Shown here piece after piece: positions 63,701 through 64,000 of a stretch of DNA of 64,000 nt; the stretch's first letter is position 1, and the number at the start of each line of letters is the position of its first letter. Origin of the DNA: Takakia lepidozioides (Eukaryota > Plantae > Bryophyta); the NCBI GenBank assembly GCA_030704615.1, contig CM060732.1:67952001-68016000 (forward strand), in the 5' to 3' direction. The notes under the pieces were generated by a model that made no database searches, was not told the DNA's origin, and saw nothing but the letters and a program-made list of their open reading frames with translations. The position numbers and the translations under genes are program-made.

Positions 63701-63966
63701 ATGAGAATACTTTCAAGCAATACAGGCAAGTTGAAGCTGACCAAGAGAGGTACATCCTGGAGTTGCAGCAAACGCTCATGGTAAATAGAAATGAACTCTC
63801 TGTGGCTAACAAGGCTTGGAAGGAAGCCAATAATCTGGCTGCTGCATATGCGAGTTTGGTTGAACCTCATGCGAAGCGCATGGAGGCTTTACAGCTGCAA
63901 GATAGATGTGTACAGGCTCAAAGAGGAGCAGACTCTCAGGGGTGCCACAAGCAACTTGGTGGATAA
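60795..63966 (+). pseudogene. Extra coding region after integrase: decapeptide repeats, Cys-containing segment, helical domain and long coiled coil
   Basis: ORFs 60795..62207 and 62298..63677 share one frame (single TAA at 62205); 63532..63966 continues after a frameshift. Confidence 0.7.
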
Positions 63967-64000
63967 CCACCTTATGCAGGTCTGGTTAGCACAAGGACCG

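Larger units (their letters stand above)
52785..64000 (+). mobile_element. Ty3/Gypsy element C (same family as A/B), 5' LTR 52785..53943, runs off the window
   Basis: TGTTAGAGG LTR, PBS tggcgacc at 53946, leader ORF, gag, PR, pol, 30-bp repeats and a long extra coding region. Confidence 0.95.

Overview
Eukaryotic nuclear DNA from a land plant, probably a non-seed plant with flagellated sperm (DYW-PPR genes, spliceosomal introns, a FOR20/CEP20 centriolar gene, a bulb-type lectin). About two-thirds is transposon-derived. From left to right: (1) a decayed APE-RT LINE inside an intron of a minus-strand FOR20/CEP20 gene; (2) two convergent PLS-DYW PPR genes whose upstream GT-AG exons encode degenerate OSB-type PDF ssDNA-binding motifs, spliced fully in frame in the minus-strand copy (797 aa model); (3) a solo LTR and a stearoyl-ACP desaturase fragment; (4) a truncated LTR retrotransposon with a DNMT3-like C5 DNA methyltransferase directly after its protease; (5) two nested or recombined minus-strand Ty3/Gypsy copies; (6) a duplicated lectin locus with CACTA and hAT debris; (7) a third, plus-strand Gypsy copy whose integrase appears to continue into a >1000-codon extension. 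Family assignments rest on motif recognition by eye, with no database searches. Many frameshifts lie in homopolymers and may be assembly errors.
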